The notes beneath the pieces are model-generated. The model saw only the letters and a list, made by a program, of their open reading frames with translations, did not search any database and had not been told where the DNA came from. Shown here piece by piece: positions 11,466-22,720 of a stretch of DNA of 64,000 bases. The stretch is taken from positions 6,820,001 to 6,884,000 of the forward strand of contig NC_043025.1 of assembly GCF_006345805.1 (NCBI RefSeq), written 5' to 3'. Positions within the stretch are counted from its first letter, which is position 1. Every line of letters starts with the position of its first letter. This stretch comes from Octopus sinensis. Its lineage: Eukaryota. The position numbers were made by a program, and so were the translations under genes.

Positions 11466-12320
11466 TCTATTTATATATATATATAAATGGAATAGAAATG
11501 TCTTACAACATCATTCCATAACTTACAACCTCATTTCCCTATCCAACCTCGACAGATTGTCGTCTCATCCACTTTACATTTCCTAAGTGCTTGTAATTCT
11601 GATTTGAGAAATTCATTTGATGATCTGTTGATTAATCAATGTGTCCCTGCTCACTTATCTCCTTGGTAAACCTGATGAGTTGGGAGTTGCATAAACACAT
11701 CGTGTAATCTAATGAATGTTGTTCATACTGTACACCTGACAATACTATGCTTGTGTCAAAATAAAGAGCCTTAATGAAACAATTGTAGCAAAACCAGATG
11801 TCCCACATTCGTCTGTTTTTATTACATATATATATATATAAATATACAATACAAACAAGGTGAGATTATTTTGAAGGCAGCTATGCCATTAGAACAGCAG
11901 AAATAATGGATAAATTAGCCTTATAAAGCAGAAAATGTTGTCAGTAAACAGCCATGGGACTTGAACCCACATCTACCAAGACTCCAGTTGAGTTCTTTAC
12001 CATTAAGTTAAACTGCCCGCTGACAAATTCATTTGTCAATTGAGATGCTATATAGCTTATTGAACTGCCACGCGTGTATAAATATAAACATACTTTACAT
12101 TTGTTTATATTCAAAGCATTGAAATGTGTATTGTACAATACAACAGGGTGATATTATTTCAAACACAGAATTGGCATTAGAACAGCGAAAATAATGGGTA
12201 AATTAGTCGCAAAAGGTGGTAAAAGTTGTCAACAAACACCATTTTAATGCTTCTCATAAAAACAAATGCAAGTTTGTTTATATTTAGACATACATATATG
12301 TGTTTGTGTGTATATATATA

Positions 12321-12650
12321 TATAATCAAAATAAGCAACAAGGATATCCAAAGGTAATGCAGTACGATCGTTTCATGCGACTTCATTTAGTTAAACAATA
12401 CAAGTATTACATCAGTTTTAAAATGTAGACCAATCTTCAGCTGCATATAAATATAGAATTACTTGCAATGTTTAATTAAATGAAGTCGCATGAAACGATC
12501 GTACTGCATTACCTCTGGATATCCTTGTTGCTTATTTTGATTATAATCACCTTATTTTAAATTATATGGATAATACCATACCAAATTCTGGTGCCTTTAA
12601 CTTAAGTACCATATTCAACAGAATCTAAATTTTTACTAAACTTATATATA
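12321..12650. mobile_element. Fold-back element (arms about 12321-12390 and 12476-12545), Penelope-like terminal-repeat type
   Basis: About 70-bp inverted arms seen directly; homologous single copy at about 48960-49190. Confidence 0.7.
12357..12446 (-). ncRNA. Hammerhead-like motif with degenerate stem II
   Basis: atgcag-CTGAAGA...GAAAC-gatc-GTA-ctgcat. Stem I is 6 bp; stem II pairing is poor. Confidence 0.45.
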
Positions 12651-13011
12651 TACACAAATATAAGAGGGGGTCCACTATGTGGATGCTCTTGCGCTAAAAA
12701 TAGATCCGCAATGGTCTCAACCACCAAGAATTGTTCCCAAGGAGAATTAGCACAACTATGAACGTAAATGAGCAGGACAAATGAAAAATAACAAAAATGT
12801 AGATTAATTCTAGACAATTGTTTGACTGTTAATGGATTATGCAATGTTACTTACATAATAGATCCACAGTTCATCAGTAGAATTCGTCATGAATATAATT
12901 TATTGAACCGCACGCCACATTTTAACATAAAGCCAAACACACGTGTGGTTCAGTCTATTATATTCGCAGTTATGATTCGAATACCCTCGTTATATGTGTA
13001 TATATATATAG

Positions 13012-13048
<37 letters not shown>

Positions 13049-13150
13049 GGAGTAAACACATAAATGTGAAACAAGGTGGAAAAAAGAGTACTCAAATACC
13101 AGTGGTAGAGTAATATGCTTTATTTAACGCGGCCGAAAATTCAACAAAAC

Positions 13151-13188
13151 CTGTTACTCTGAGTTTCACGTTGCCGTTCATCGGACAG
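13151..13188 (-). ncRNA. Minimal type-I hammerhead ribozyme motif (CCGAUGA core variant)
   Basis: Exact reverse complement of 13278-13315. Confidence 0.65.
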
Positions 13189-13277
13189 TTTTTGCTAGAC
13201 AGTTTTTTCTAGACAGTTTTTTCTAGACAGTTTTTTTTTCTAGACAGTTTTTTCTAGACAGTTTTTTCTAGCAAAAA

Positions 13278-13315
13278 CTGTCCGATGAACGGCAACGTGA
13301 AACTCAGAGTAACAG
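13278..13315 (+). ncRNA. Minimal type-I hammerhead ribozyme motif (CCGAUGA core variant)
   Basis: ctgt-CCGATGA-acg gcaa cgt-GAAAC-tcaga-GTA-acag; stems I, II and III all pair. Confidence 0.65.
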
Positions 13316-13632
13316 GTTTTGTTGAATTTTCTGCTGCTTTAAATAAAGTATATATATATATATATATAGAAATTCAGGGTGAGTACTTGATAATTGTAAG
13401 CACCTGTATATACCGTTTGGTGGTGTAGGTGGTGGAGTAAATTAATCAAAAAAAAAATAAAACATGAATCCTTGGCATCATGTTTTTATATATATATATG
13501 TAGGTATATAAGCTAGAATAATAAAGAGAAAATAAAGTAATAGGAATATATATATGGGTGAATTATATATATTTGGGTAAATTCAAAGGAAGGTAGAAGA
13601 AAAAGCATAATGTGGAGTATAATTGAAGAAAG

Positions 13633-13862
13633 TTAAGGCCTCCAGGTTAAAATGCAAGTATTATTCCTCTGAGGACTTTGGCAGTTAAGGATTTCGTCAT
13701 TGTAGACCATTACGTTTGGTTTCTGGGAGCATATTTCTTGTGTAAACTTGCCATATGTGCATTGGAAGTAGCGGCGGCAGTCTCTGGAGTAGGGCCATCG
13801 CATCAGAGAGTTTGGATTGGTCCTGCATATTTTCTGGTAACGTACTTCTTCGGGGCTTGGAA
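13633..13862 (-). CDS. Gene B terminal exon: CBM14 domain 3
   Basis: tttttatgtgttccag| acceptor, phase 1. Encodes CRTNPNSLMRWPYSRDCRRYFQCTYGKFTQEICSQKPNVMVYNDEILNCQSPQRNNTCILTWRP*; TAA at 13635-13633. Confidence 0.88.
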
Positions 13863-13949
13863 CTGGAACACATAAAAAGGTGGGGGGAAAAATGAAAATG
13901 GTAGAATGTAAAACAAAAAAAAACATGTTTGTATATTTTTACTTCTATT

Positions 13950-14390
13950 GCTCTTTACTCTCTTTCTTGTTTCAGTCATTTGACTGTGGCCATGCCGGAG
14001 CACCACATTTAGTCAAGTAACTCGACCCCGGGACTTATTCTTTGTAAGCCCAGTACTTATTCTATCGGTCTCTTTTGCCGAACCTCTAAGTGACGGGGAC
14101 GTAAACACACCAGCATCAGTTGTGAAGCAATGCTAGGGGGACAAACACAGACATACAAACATATACACACACACTTATATATATATATATATATACATAT
14201 ATACGACAGGCTTCTTTCAGTTTCGTGTGGTTGGTAAGCAGTTTCTGTCTACCAAATCCACTCACGAGGCTTTGGTCGGCCCGGGGCTATAGCAGAAGAC
14301 ACTTGCCCAAGATGCCACGCAGTGGGACTGAACCCGGAACCATGTGGTTGGTTAGCAAGCTACTTACCACACAGCCACTCCTGCGTTTAT
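13950..14390 (-). mobile_element. CORE-like tRNA SINE, full length
   Basis: Same family as 1541-2150. Confidence 0.85.
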
Positions 14391-14419
14391 GATAGTTAAA
14401 ATAAAATATATTCAAGATT

Positions 14420-14615
14420 TAAATCGTCCAACCCATGGTAGCATGGGTTGGACAATTTAACTGAGGGCTCACGAACCAGATGGCTGCACCAGGCTCCAAT
14501 CTTAAACGCTGCCAGATCAAGATTGGAGCCTGGTGCAGCCATATGGTTCACCAGTCCTCAGTCAAATCGTCCAACCCATGCTAGCATGGAAAGCGGATGT
14601 TAAATGATGATGATG
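14420..14615. mobile_element. Inverted duplication of an RTE 3' end
   Basis: Arms about 14441-14503 and 14520-14582, followed by a (GAT)n tail. Confidence 0.75.
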
Positions 14616-14868
14616 ATGTTGATTTTAATCTTGAAATTAGCGAATTCGTAATTAATGTGGTGTCTTTTTGAAATATCTTTTCACTAGCCTGCTTTCAATT
14701 GCATGTATCTATGGAGTTTTTCTCGGTAGCTTCGTAATATTTAAATGTTCATTTAGCATGGAGAAGAAAGAACATGTTTGACTTTCTCTCTTATATATTA
14801 TATATATATATAATATATATATATATAATATATATATATATATAATATATATATATGAATATGAATAA

Positions 14869-14900
<32 letters not shown>

Positions 14901-14989
14901 ATATATATATATATATTATATATATATATATAATATATATATTCATATATACATGTATTCATATATACATGTATTCATATGTATATGTA

Positions 14990-15046
<57 letters not shown>

Positions 15047-15132
15047 ATTCGAGACAAAACCACTATTTTGAAAAACAAACAAGGAAAGACTTAATCAATA
15101 CATAAAAATTTTTAATATAAAGAAATAGACCG

Positions 15133-15175
15133 CCACTACAATCGTTTCATGTCTTCAATGACATTCGTCAGGTGG
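15133..15175 (-). ncRNA. Minimal type-I hammerhead ribozyme motif
   Basis: Reverse complement of 15229-15271. Confidence 0.75.
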
Positions 15176-15228
15176 ATTTTCGATCTCCTAATCTGTTTTA
15201 AATTAAAACAGATTAGGAGATCGAAAAT

Positions 15229-15271
15229 CCACCTGACGAATGTCATTGAAGACATGAAACGATTGTAGTGG
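15229..15271 (+). ncRNA. Minimal type-I hammerhead ribozyme motif
   Basis: ccac-CTGACGA-atgtc attgaa gacat-GAAAC-gatt-GTA-gtgg; canonical core. Confidence 0.78.
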
Positions 15272-15445
15272 CGGTTTATTTCTTTATATTAAAAATTTTT
15301 ATGTATTGATTAAGTCTTTCCTTGTTTGTTTTTCAAAATAGTGGTTTTGTCTCGAATTATATTATATAATATTTTACTATAAAATTGGATTTAATCCTAA
15401 ATCTGATTTTTCCCTGTAAATTTGGATTTATTCCCTAATATTTAT

Positions 15446-15481
<36 letters not shown>

Positions 15482-15712
15482 AAGTAGATAAATGAATTAT
15501 CTTATTACGGATAATTCAAATGATAACCGATACCTGGGTAGCAAAAATCACAACAGAATATAAAGGAATATAAAGGAATTTTGTAGAAAATAATATAAAG
15601 GAATTTTGTTAAATCTTCGTTCAGCTCCATTTCTTCCTACACTTTATATATATATATATATATATGTATGTATATATATATTCATATATACATGTATTCA
15701 TATGTATATGTA

Positions 15713-15772
<60 letters not shown>

Positions 15773-16092
15773 TATATATATATTCGTATATATATACAAG
15801 GCAAAAAAAAATTTTTTAATATATATCTATATGAATATAATATAAATACATATATATATATATTCATATATATTTGTTTGGTGAAATAGAAAGATGAATA
15901 ATCTTGTTGCAGATTAATCAAAAGTTTAACCGATACCTTGGTAGCAAAAATCACGGCAGAAGAAAGCACGGTTGGAGATAAAACCTATTGGTGTTGCAAC
16001 CGTGCGTTGGTGCGGATAATTGAATTTTAGTATTATTAGTGAATTGAAGAAATGGAGTTGAACGAAGATTGAACAGAATTCCTTTTATTGCA

Positions 16093-16172
16093 TTCTACAC
16101 ATGTTTCAAAAGCCACAATTTTCCAAATTCTGATTAAATAAGGATCCCATATTGTAGCTTTCTCTTCAGGAA
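16093..16172 (-). ncRNA. Type-I hammerhead motif with a long stem II
   Basis: Mirror of 16187-16266 with one stem II substitution. Confidence 0.6.
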
Positions 16173-16186
16173 AAAAAATTTTTTTT

Positions 16187-16266
16187 TTCCTGAAGAGAAA
16201 GCCACAATATGGGATCCTTATTTAATCAGAATTTGGAAAATTGTGGCTTTTGAAACATGTGTAGAA
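16187..16266 (+). ncRNA. Type-I hammerhead motif with a long stem II
   Basis: ttc-CTGAAGA-gaaagccacaat...attgtggctttt-GAAAC-atgt-GTA-gaa. Confidence 0.65.
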
Positions 16267-16362
16267 TGCATAAAAGGAACTCTGTTCAATCTTCGTTCAA
16301 CTCCATTTCTTCAATTCACTAATAATACTATATTCATATATATATATATATATGATATATAT

Positions 16363-16407
<45 letters not shown>

Positions 16408-16635
16408 TATATATATATGAATATATATACATATGAATATATATATGTGATAATATAAAATATATATTGTGTATATATATGTATATATATATGGAATATA
16501 TATGAAATATATATGTGTATATATATGTATATATATATATTATATATTGAATATATATAGTGTATATATATGTATATATATGAATATATAGAAATATATA
16601 TATGTGTATATATATGTATATATGTCTGTATGTTG

Positions 16636-16672
<37 letters not shown>

Positions 16673-16740
16673 TATATAATGTTATATATATATATGTGTA
16701 TTATATATGAATATATATATGTATATATATATATGTATGT

Positions 16741-17062
16741 GAGGGCGCGTGGCTAGTGGTTAGGGCATTCGGCTCATGATCGTAAGGTTGTGAGTTCGAT
16801 TCCCGGCGACGCGTTGTGTCCTTGAGCAAGACACTTTATTTCACGTTGCTCCAGTCCACTCAGCTGGCAAAAATGAGTTGTACTTGTATTTCAAAGGGTC
16901 AGCCTTGTCACTCTCTGTGTCACGCTGATTATCCCCGAGAACTACGTTAAGGGTACACGTGTCTGTGGAATGCTCAGCCATTTGCACGTTAATTTCACGA
17001 GCAAGCTGTTCCGTTGATCGTATCAGCTGGGACCCTCGTCGTCGTAACCGGCGGAGTCTTTA
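16741..17062 (+). mobile_element. tRNA-derived SINE (head type A, tail type X)
   Basis: A-box tggctagtgg and B-box gagttcgattc; 3' part shared with 23995-24655 and 38951-39352. Confidence 0.85.
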
Positions 17063-17158
17063 GAATATATGTATATATATATGAATATATATATATTTAC
17101 ATATATCAGTTGGTTTAGGTCTGACCTGTTGCTACATATCTTTCTCTCTCTCCCTCTC

Positions 17159-17215
<57 letters not shown>

Positions 17216-17260
17216 GCTAAAGAGAAGAAGCAAAATGGAAAACCCGAAAGATATCCTCAC

Positions 17261-17491
17261 CGATTTTTTCTCCAAATGGCGGCGTGAGAGGACAATTTGC
17301 ATTCTTCTCGATGACACAGTTCTGGGGTTCAAACTGGAAGAATAACTTCCCTGGAGAGCTGGGACAAGTCTTGCGACTCAGCGTCTTCCCCTCACATTCA
17401 AAATACTTTGTACAGTCATAAGGATGTGGCCAACGGATGATGCTTGTGGTGCCAAACAAGTTGCAGTGGAATCCATACCAGAAATCATACA
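17261..17491 (-). CDS. Gene B exon: CBM14 domain 2
   Basis: cttacccatag| acceptor and g|gtgagg donor; 231 nt, phase 1-1. Encodes [58 protein letters not shown]. Confidence 0.9.
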
Positions 17492-17587
17492 CTATGGGTA
17501 AGAGAGAGAGAGAAAGATGGAAATTTAGATAGGTAGGTAGATGGGGGAGTAGGTAGGTGGGTAAAATGGTAGACAGACAAGACAGAC

Positions 17588-17619
<32 letters not shown>

Positions 17620-17629
<10 letters not shown>

Positions 17630-17673
17630 TAGATAGATAGATAGATAGATAGATGGATAGAGACAGACAGACG

Positions 17674-17732
<59 letters not shown>

Positions 17733-17751
17733 GGATAGAGACAGACAGACG

Positions 17752-17792
<41 letters not shown>

Positions 17793-17808
17793 GAGAGAGA
17801 TAGAATGG

Positions 17809-17860
<52 letters not shown>

Positions 17861-17877
17861 CAGACAGACGGATAGAC

Positions 17878-17926
<49 letters not shown>

Positions 17927-17927
17927 C

Positions 17928-17966
<39 letters not shown>

Positions 17967-17971
17967 CATAA

Positions 17972-18046
<75 letters not shown>

Positions 18047-18177
18047 TAGAATGGTAGATAGATAGATAGATAGATGGATAGATGGATAGATAGATAGATA
18101 AACAGATAGATAGATAGATAGATACACAGATAGATTGACAGATACATAGATAGATAGATAGATAGATATGTAGATAT
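17620..18177. repeat. (GATA)n microsatellite, continuing at 19329-19545 and 20096-20300
   Basis: Seen directly. Confidence 0.95.
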
Positions 18178-18511
18178 GTTTCTTTATTAGCCACACAGGG
18201 CTGCACACAGATAGAACAAATTACAAGGTAGAGCTTTTCTTTTGAGGTTTAAAAAAAAAAAAAAAAAAAAAAAGGAAGGGGAGTTTTCGATCAAAAGGGA
18301 TCGTAAAAGGAGAGAAAGAGGACAAAAAAAGGGGGGTTAAAAAAAAAAAAAAAAAAAAGGGGGGAGAGGAAAACAATTGATCAATAGGGATCGTTATCAC
18401 AGAAATGTCAATATGAAGTGTAAAGGGAGGACAGGTGAGGTTTACCCGTGGAACGAAAAGCCTACGGAAAAGACCACGGTAACCTCGGTCAATGAAGTCA
18501 CATTTTATATT

Positions 18512-18550
<39 letters not shown>

Positions 18551-19328
18551 AAATAAGCAACTCTCTGTTTTCGATTTCTGGGTTCATAGGACTATGCTCA
18601 AGGTGGCTTCGTCATTCATACGTGCCATTCTTGCTACATTCACCGATCTTTTTTTAAAACATTCGCTAGACAAAATTTGCCTCTCTACTCTCACTTTCCT
18701 TTTCAAGTGGTACTTGAAGAAGTTGATGAGAGATTGACCAGAGAGGAAAGTGTTTGTCTCCAATCCTTTCAGACGCGTCCACCAGATACATTCTTTCGCC
18801 ATAGCCACAAGGATGATGAAAATAGCTCTTCCTTCCCGTTTGAAGGAAGGAGGCGTGACAATATTGACGATAGACTCAGCTGATAAACCGACTCGTCCCA
18901 CACGTACAGCAGTTGTTCGACATAAGCCCACAGGTCGGAATTGTTGGACACTGAACGAGTGCGTGCAGAACGGTTTCGTCGCTCTGACCGCATCTCGGGC
19001 AGGTCGGCCCCGTGTTTTTCTCGAGCCGTGTCTGTAGAGCTTATCCCGAACGGGTAGCGCTTCTCGTAGCACTGCCAGGCCAGGGATCTCTGGAAGTTGT
19101 CCATGGCCCTGGCCCGAAAGTCGTCCCGAACAGGCGGGTCAGGTACTCCTCGTCGACGTCCAGGTTCGCCCCGAGCTCGTCGTCGTACCTCCCCTCCACT
19201 AAACCCCTATAGAATGCTTTGGTTGTGTTGAAGTCACTTAAGGTCGACCCAGGACGGCAGAGTTGCTTGAGAGCAACGCGACACTCGCGGTGCCATTCGC
19301 CCTTCCTCGGCCTCTTTTTGATCCACGG
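18178..19328 (-). mobile_element. 5'-truncated Tx1-like (L1 clade) LINE: ORF2 C-terminus, pyrimidine-rich 3' UTR and AATAAA
   Basis: Frameshifted ORF DNFQRSLAWQC..EALPVRDKL..CPRCGQSDETVLHALVQC..DLWAYVEQLL contains a C-X2-C-X8-H-X4-C knuckle; stop at 18586-18584. Flanked by GATA repeats. Confidence 0.8.
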
Positions 19329-19373
19329 TAGATAGATAGATAGATAAATAGATAGATACACAGATAGATAGAC

Positions 19374-19409
<36 letters not shown>

Positions 19410-19467
19410 GATAGATAATAGATAGATAGATAGATAGATAGCTACATAGATAGATAGATAAACAGAG

Positions 19468-19545
<78 letters not shown>

Positions 19546-20095
19546 GTTTCTTTATTGGCCACATAAGGCTGCACACAGATGGGACAAGTTACAAGGTAGA
19601 GCTTTTCTTTTGGGGGATGAAAAAAACAAAAAACAAAAAACAAAAGAAACAAAAAAAAGGGTGGCATAGGTTTTCGATCAAAAGGAATAGTAAAAGGGAC
19701 AAAAAAGAACAAAAAATTAAAAAATTAAAAAAAGAAGAAAAAGAAAAGGAACAAAAGAAAAGAGAAATGAAAAAAAAGAAGAAAAAAAGGGAAAAAAAAG
19801 GGGAAGAGGAAAAAAAAACGATCAATAGAGATCGTGTATCACAGTGTTATGATGTATGGTGTAAAAGGGGAAAGCAAGTAAGGTTTATCCGTGGAAAGAA
19901 AAGCCTACGAAAAAGACTACGGTAACCTTGGTCAATATTGTTATATGTTACCACATTTGTTTGCAAGTGGGTAACCCTCTGTTTTCAATTTCTGGCTTCA
20001 TAGGATTATGCTCAAGGTGGCTTCGTCATTCATACGTGCCATCCTTGCTACATTCACCCATCTGTTTTTGAAACATTCGCTAGACAAAACTTGCC
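19546..20095 (-). mobile_element. Second, shorter copy of the same Tx1-like element
   Basis: Homologous to 18178-18683, with the same 3' terminus (gtttctttatt on +) and GATA flanks. Confidence 0.8.
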
Positions 20096-20103
20096 TAGAT
20101 AGG

Positions 20104-20153
<50 letters not shown>

Positions 20154-20212
20154 CACAGATAGATACACAGATAGATAGATAGATAGATAGATAGATACAC
20201 AGATAGATAGAC

Positions 20213-20256
<44 letters not shown>

Positions 20257-20534
20257 GGAGATAGATAGATAGATAGATAGATAGATTGACAGACATATAT
20301 ACATACATAGGTAGATGGTAGGTGGGTAGTTAAGTAGGTAGTTAAGGTAGGTATGTAGGTAGGTATGTAGGTGGGTAGGTAGGTGGGTAGGTAGGGCCCT
20401 TCTTAACACCAACCCCTTTACAGAGTGTGCTGGGTGATTTTGATGTGGTGTTGTCTTTGATTATAGACCTGGTGGAGTAGGAATGCCCAGGGTTTAAAAA
20501 CAACAACTATAACAAACATAAAAGCATTACTCAC

Positions 20535-20825
20535 GTCTAAGGATCTCCTTTTTCACAGGGGACATAGTAGTTGGCAAGCTCTGTGTAGTCGTAGGGAACG
20601 CGGTGGTGGCGACAGTGACAGGCCCTTTGTTTGGTCGGTAACCACAATCGACATTGAACGGGAAGTCACATAATCCAGTCAAAGCGTTGAACAGGGTGCC
20701 ATCGACACAAACCCTGTGTTGCACCTGGTTATTGATACACTGCAGGAAGCCAGCGCAGTTGGAAGCATCAGCAATCTGCACATACGGAGGGAGCCCGCAT
20801 GGTTGGCCTGAGGCCAGGATTGAAC
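20535..20825 (-). CDS. Gene B exon: end of signal peptide, CBM14 domain 1 and Thr-rich linker
   Basis: tattttcag| acceptor and c|gtgagt donor; 291 nt, phase 1-1. Encodes CGLPPYVQIADASNCAGFLQCINNQVQHRVCVDGTLFNALTGLCDFPFNVDC. Confidence 0.92.
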
Positions 20826-20956
20826 CTGAAAATACAAGATACATTTATCTTCCTTCTTTTATATAAAAATAAATTTTTTCACATTTGCTTCTTATTATTT
20901 TACACAAGAAGCAAATATATATGTGTGTGTGTGTGTATATATATATATATACATAC

Positions 20957-21073
<117 letters not shown>

Positions 21074-21183
21074 GTATATATATATTCCATTTTCCTTCCG
21101 GTCATTCAAAATGTGACCGTGTGTGTACCATTGGCGATTTTTTTTCCTGTGTCTTCCCTTCCCTGGATCATTCCTTCTCCTAT

Positions 21184-21218
21184 GTTTCCGACGAAGAGCT
21201 CCGCTCGAAACGTTAAAC
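21184..21218 (+). ncRNA. Ultra-minimal hammerhead-like motif in a Penelope-type repeat
   Basis: gttt-CCGACGA-a-gagc tcc gctc-GAAAC-GTT-aaac; helix III is reduced to the palindrome acgt. Confidence 0.45.
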
Positions 21219-21335
21219 CCTCCTTCTTTACTGAGCGTCCAATAATACTATATTTGTTCCACGTCCTCGCGTTGTGTTTTTTTGTGCTTTCTTGTTTTGG
21301 ATTAACATATATATATATATATTAATATATATATA

Positions 21336-21368
<33 letters not shown>

Positions 21369-21547
21369 ACATATATATATATTAGTCTCTTTTTCTCTCT
21401 CTCCTTGTGTGTGTGTGTTATATATATATCTATATATAATACACCATGTACATGACATCACCAACGAGAGAAAAATATGTAGACACATGAGCGATAAATA
21501 CAGGACAAATTACCATGATTATATGTATATTTATATATATGTATATA

Positions 21548-21578
<31 letters not shown>

Positions 21579-21639
21579 GTGTGTGTGCTGTTGTGCTTGG
21601 GGAGAGTCATTCTCTTTTAGTGCCTTATTATTTAACACA

Positions 21640-22208
21640 CTCACCAGGTGGGCTGCATCCACCACATTCAGATGGTTCCTTTTATGTGCCACCAGCACAA
21701 GAGCCAGTCAGTCGGGGGTGAGGGGACTGCCATCAACCATGTTCGGATGGTACTTTTTTACATGCCACCGGCACAGGGAACCACTTAAGGCAGTGCTGGC
21801 ATCAGCCACAACTACAATTTACAATAAAGACATAGGAATCGAAATTGAACTAATCCTATGACTGGCACCCGGCAGTTGCCAGGACCCCTGGACTGGTGGT
21901 ACGTAAAAAGCACCATCCGAATCATGGCCGATGCCAGTGTCGCCTCGACTGGCTTCCGTGCCGGTGGCACGTAAAATGCACCAATACGACCGTGGCCGTT
22001 GCCAGCCTCGCCTGGCACCTGTGCAGGTGGCATGTAAAAAGCACCCACTACACTCACGGAGTGGTTGGCATTAGGAAGGGCATCCAGCTGTAGAAACACT
22101 GCCAGATCAGACTGGAACCTGGTGCAGCCTTCTAGCTTCCCAGATCCCCGTCGAACCGTTCAACCCATGCTAGCATGAAGAACGGACGTTAAACGATGAT
22201 GATGATGA
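21640..22208 (+). mobile_element. RTE LINE 3' UTR fragment with (GAT)n tail
   Basis: Same 3' end as 43553-44810. Confidence 0.78.
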
Positions 22209-22361
22209 CATATTTTGTAGGACATGTCACCAATGCCACACTAAAACATTCTCTTTTAACAGAACAGATTAACCTTTTGCTTGTTCAGTGTATCACATCT
22301 TATTTACAGAACCTATTTCCTTGGCATCCATCTATCATATGACACACATTCCCAATTTTCC

Positions 22362-22720
22362 GGCTGTGTGGTAAGTAGCTTGCTTACCAATCACATGTTT
22401 CCAGGTTCAGTCCCACTGCGTGGCACCTTGGGCAAGTGTCTTCTACTATAGCCTCCGGCTGACCAAAGCCTTGTGAGTGGATTTGGTAGACGGAAACTGT
22501 TTATGTATATGCATATGTGTGTGTGTTTGTGTGTCTGTATTTGTGCCCCCAACATCACTTGACAACCGTCACCGTCACTTAGCAGTTCAGCAAAAGAGAC
22601 CGATAGAATAAATACTGGGCTTACAAAGAATAAGTCCCGGGGTCGATTTGCTCGACTAAAAGCGGTGCTCCAGCTTGGCCACAGTCAAATGACTGAAACA
22701 AGTAAAAGAGTAAAAGAGCC
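22362..22720 (+). mobile_element. CORE-like tRNA SINE
   Basis: Same family as 1541-2150, opposite orientation. Confidence 0.8.

Larger units (their letters stand above)
13048..13348. mobile_element. Fold-back element with a central (ctagacagtttttt)n spacer
   Basis: Arms about 13120-13197 and 13269-13348; same family at 49776-49985. Confidence 0.8.
15040..15450. mobile_element. Near-perfect 325-bp palindrome centred on 15202, plus a family-specific extension to about 15450
   Basis: About 160-bp arms with one visible mismatch; homologous to 31436-31830. Confidence 0.85.
16028..16330. mobile_element. Near-perfect 303-bp palindrome centred on A8T10
   Basis: About 150-bp inverted arms seen directly. 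Confidence 0.85.

Noticed and set aside
11660-11800. ctgatgag and gaaacaattgta fragments as a hammerhead
   Set aside because: The two halves do not form stems I and II together; at best a decayed remnant.
11950-12030. tRNA gene on the minus strand
   Set aside because: A/B-box-like motifs only, with no convincing cloverleaf; treated as a degenerate SINE head. The other SINE heads are likewise not called tRNA genes.
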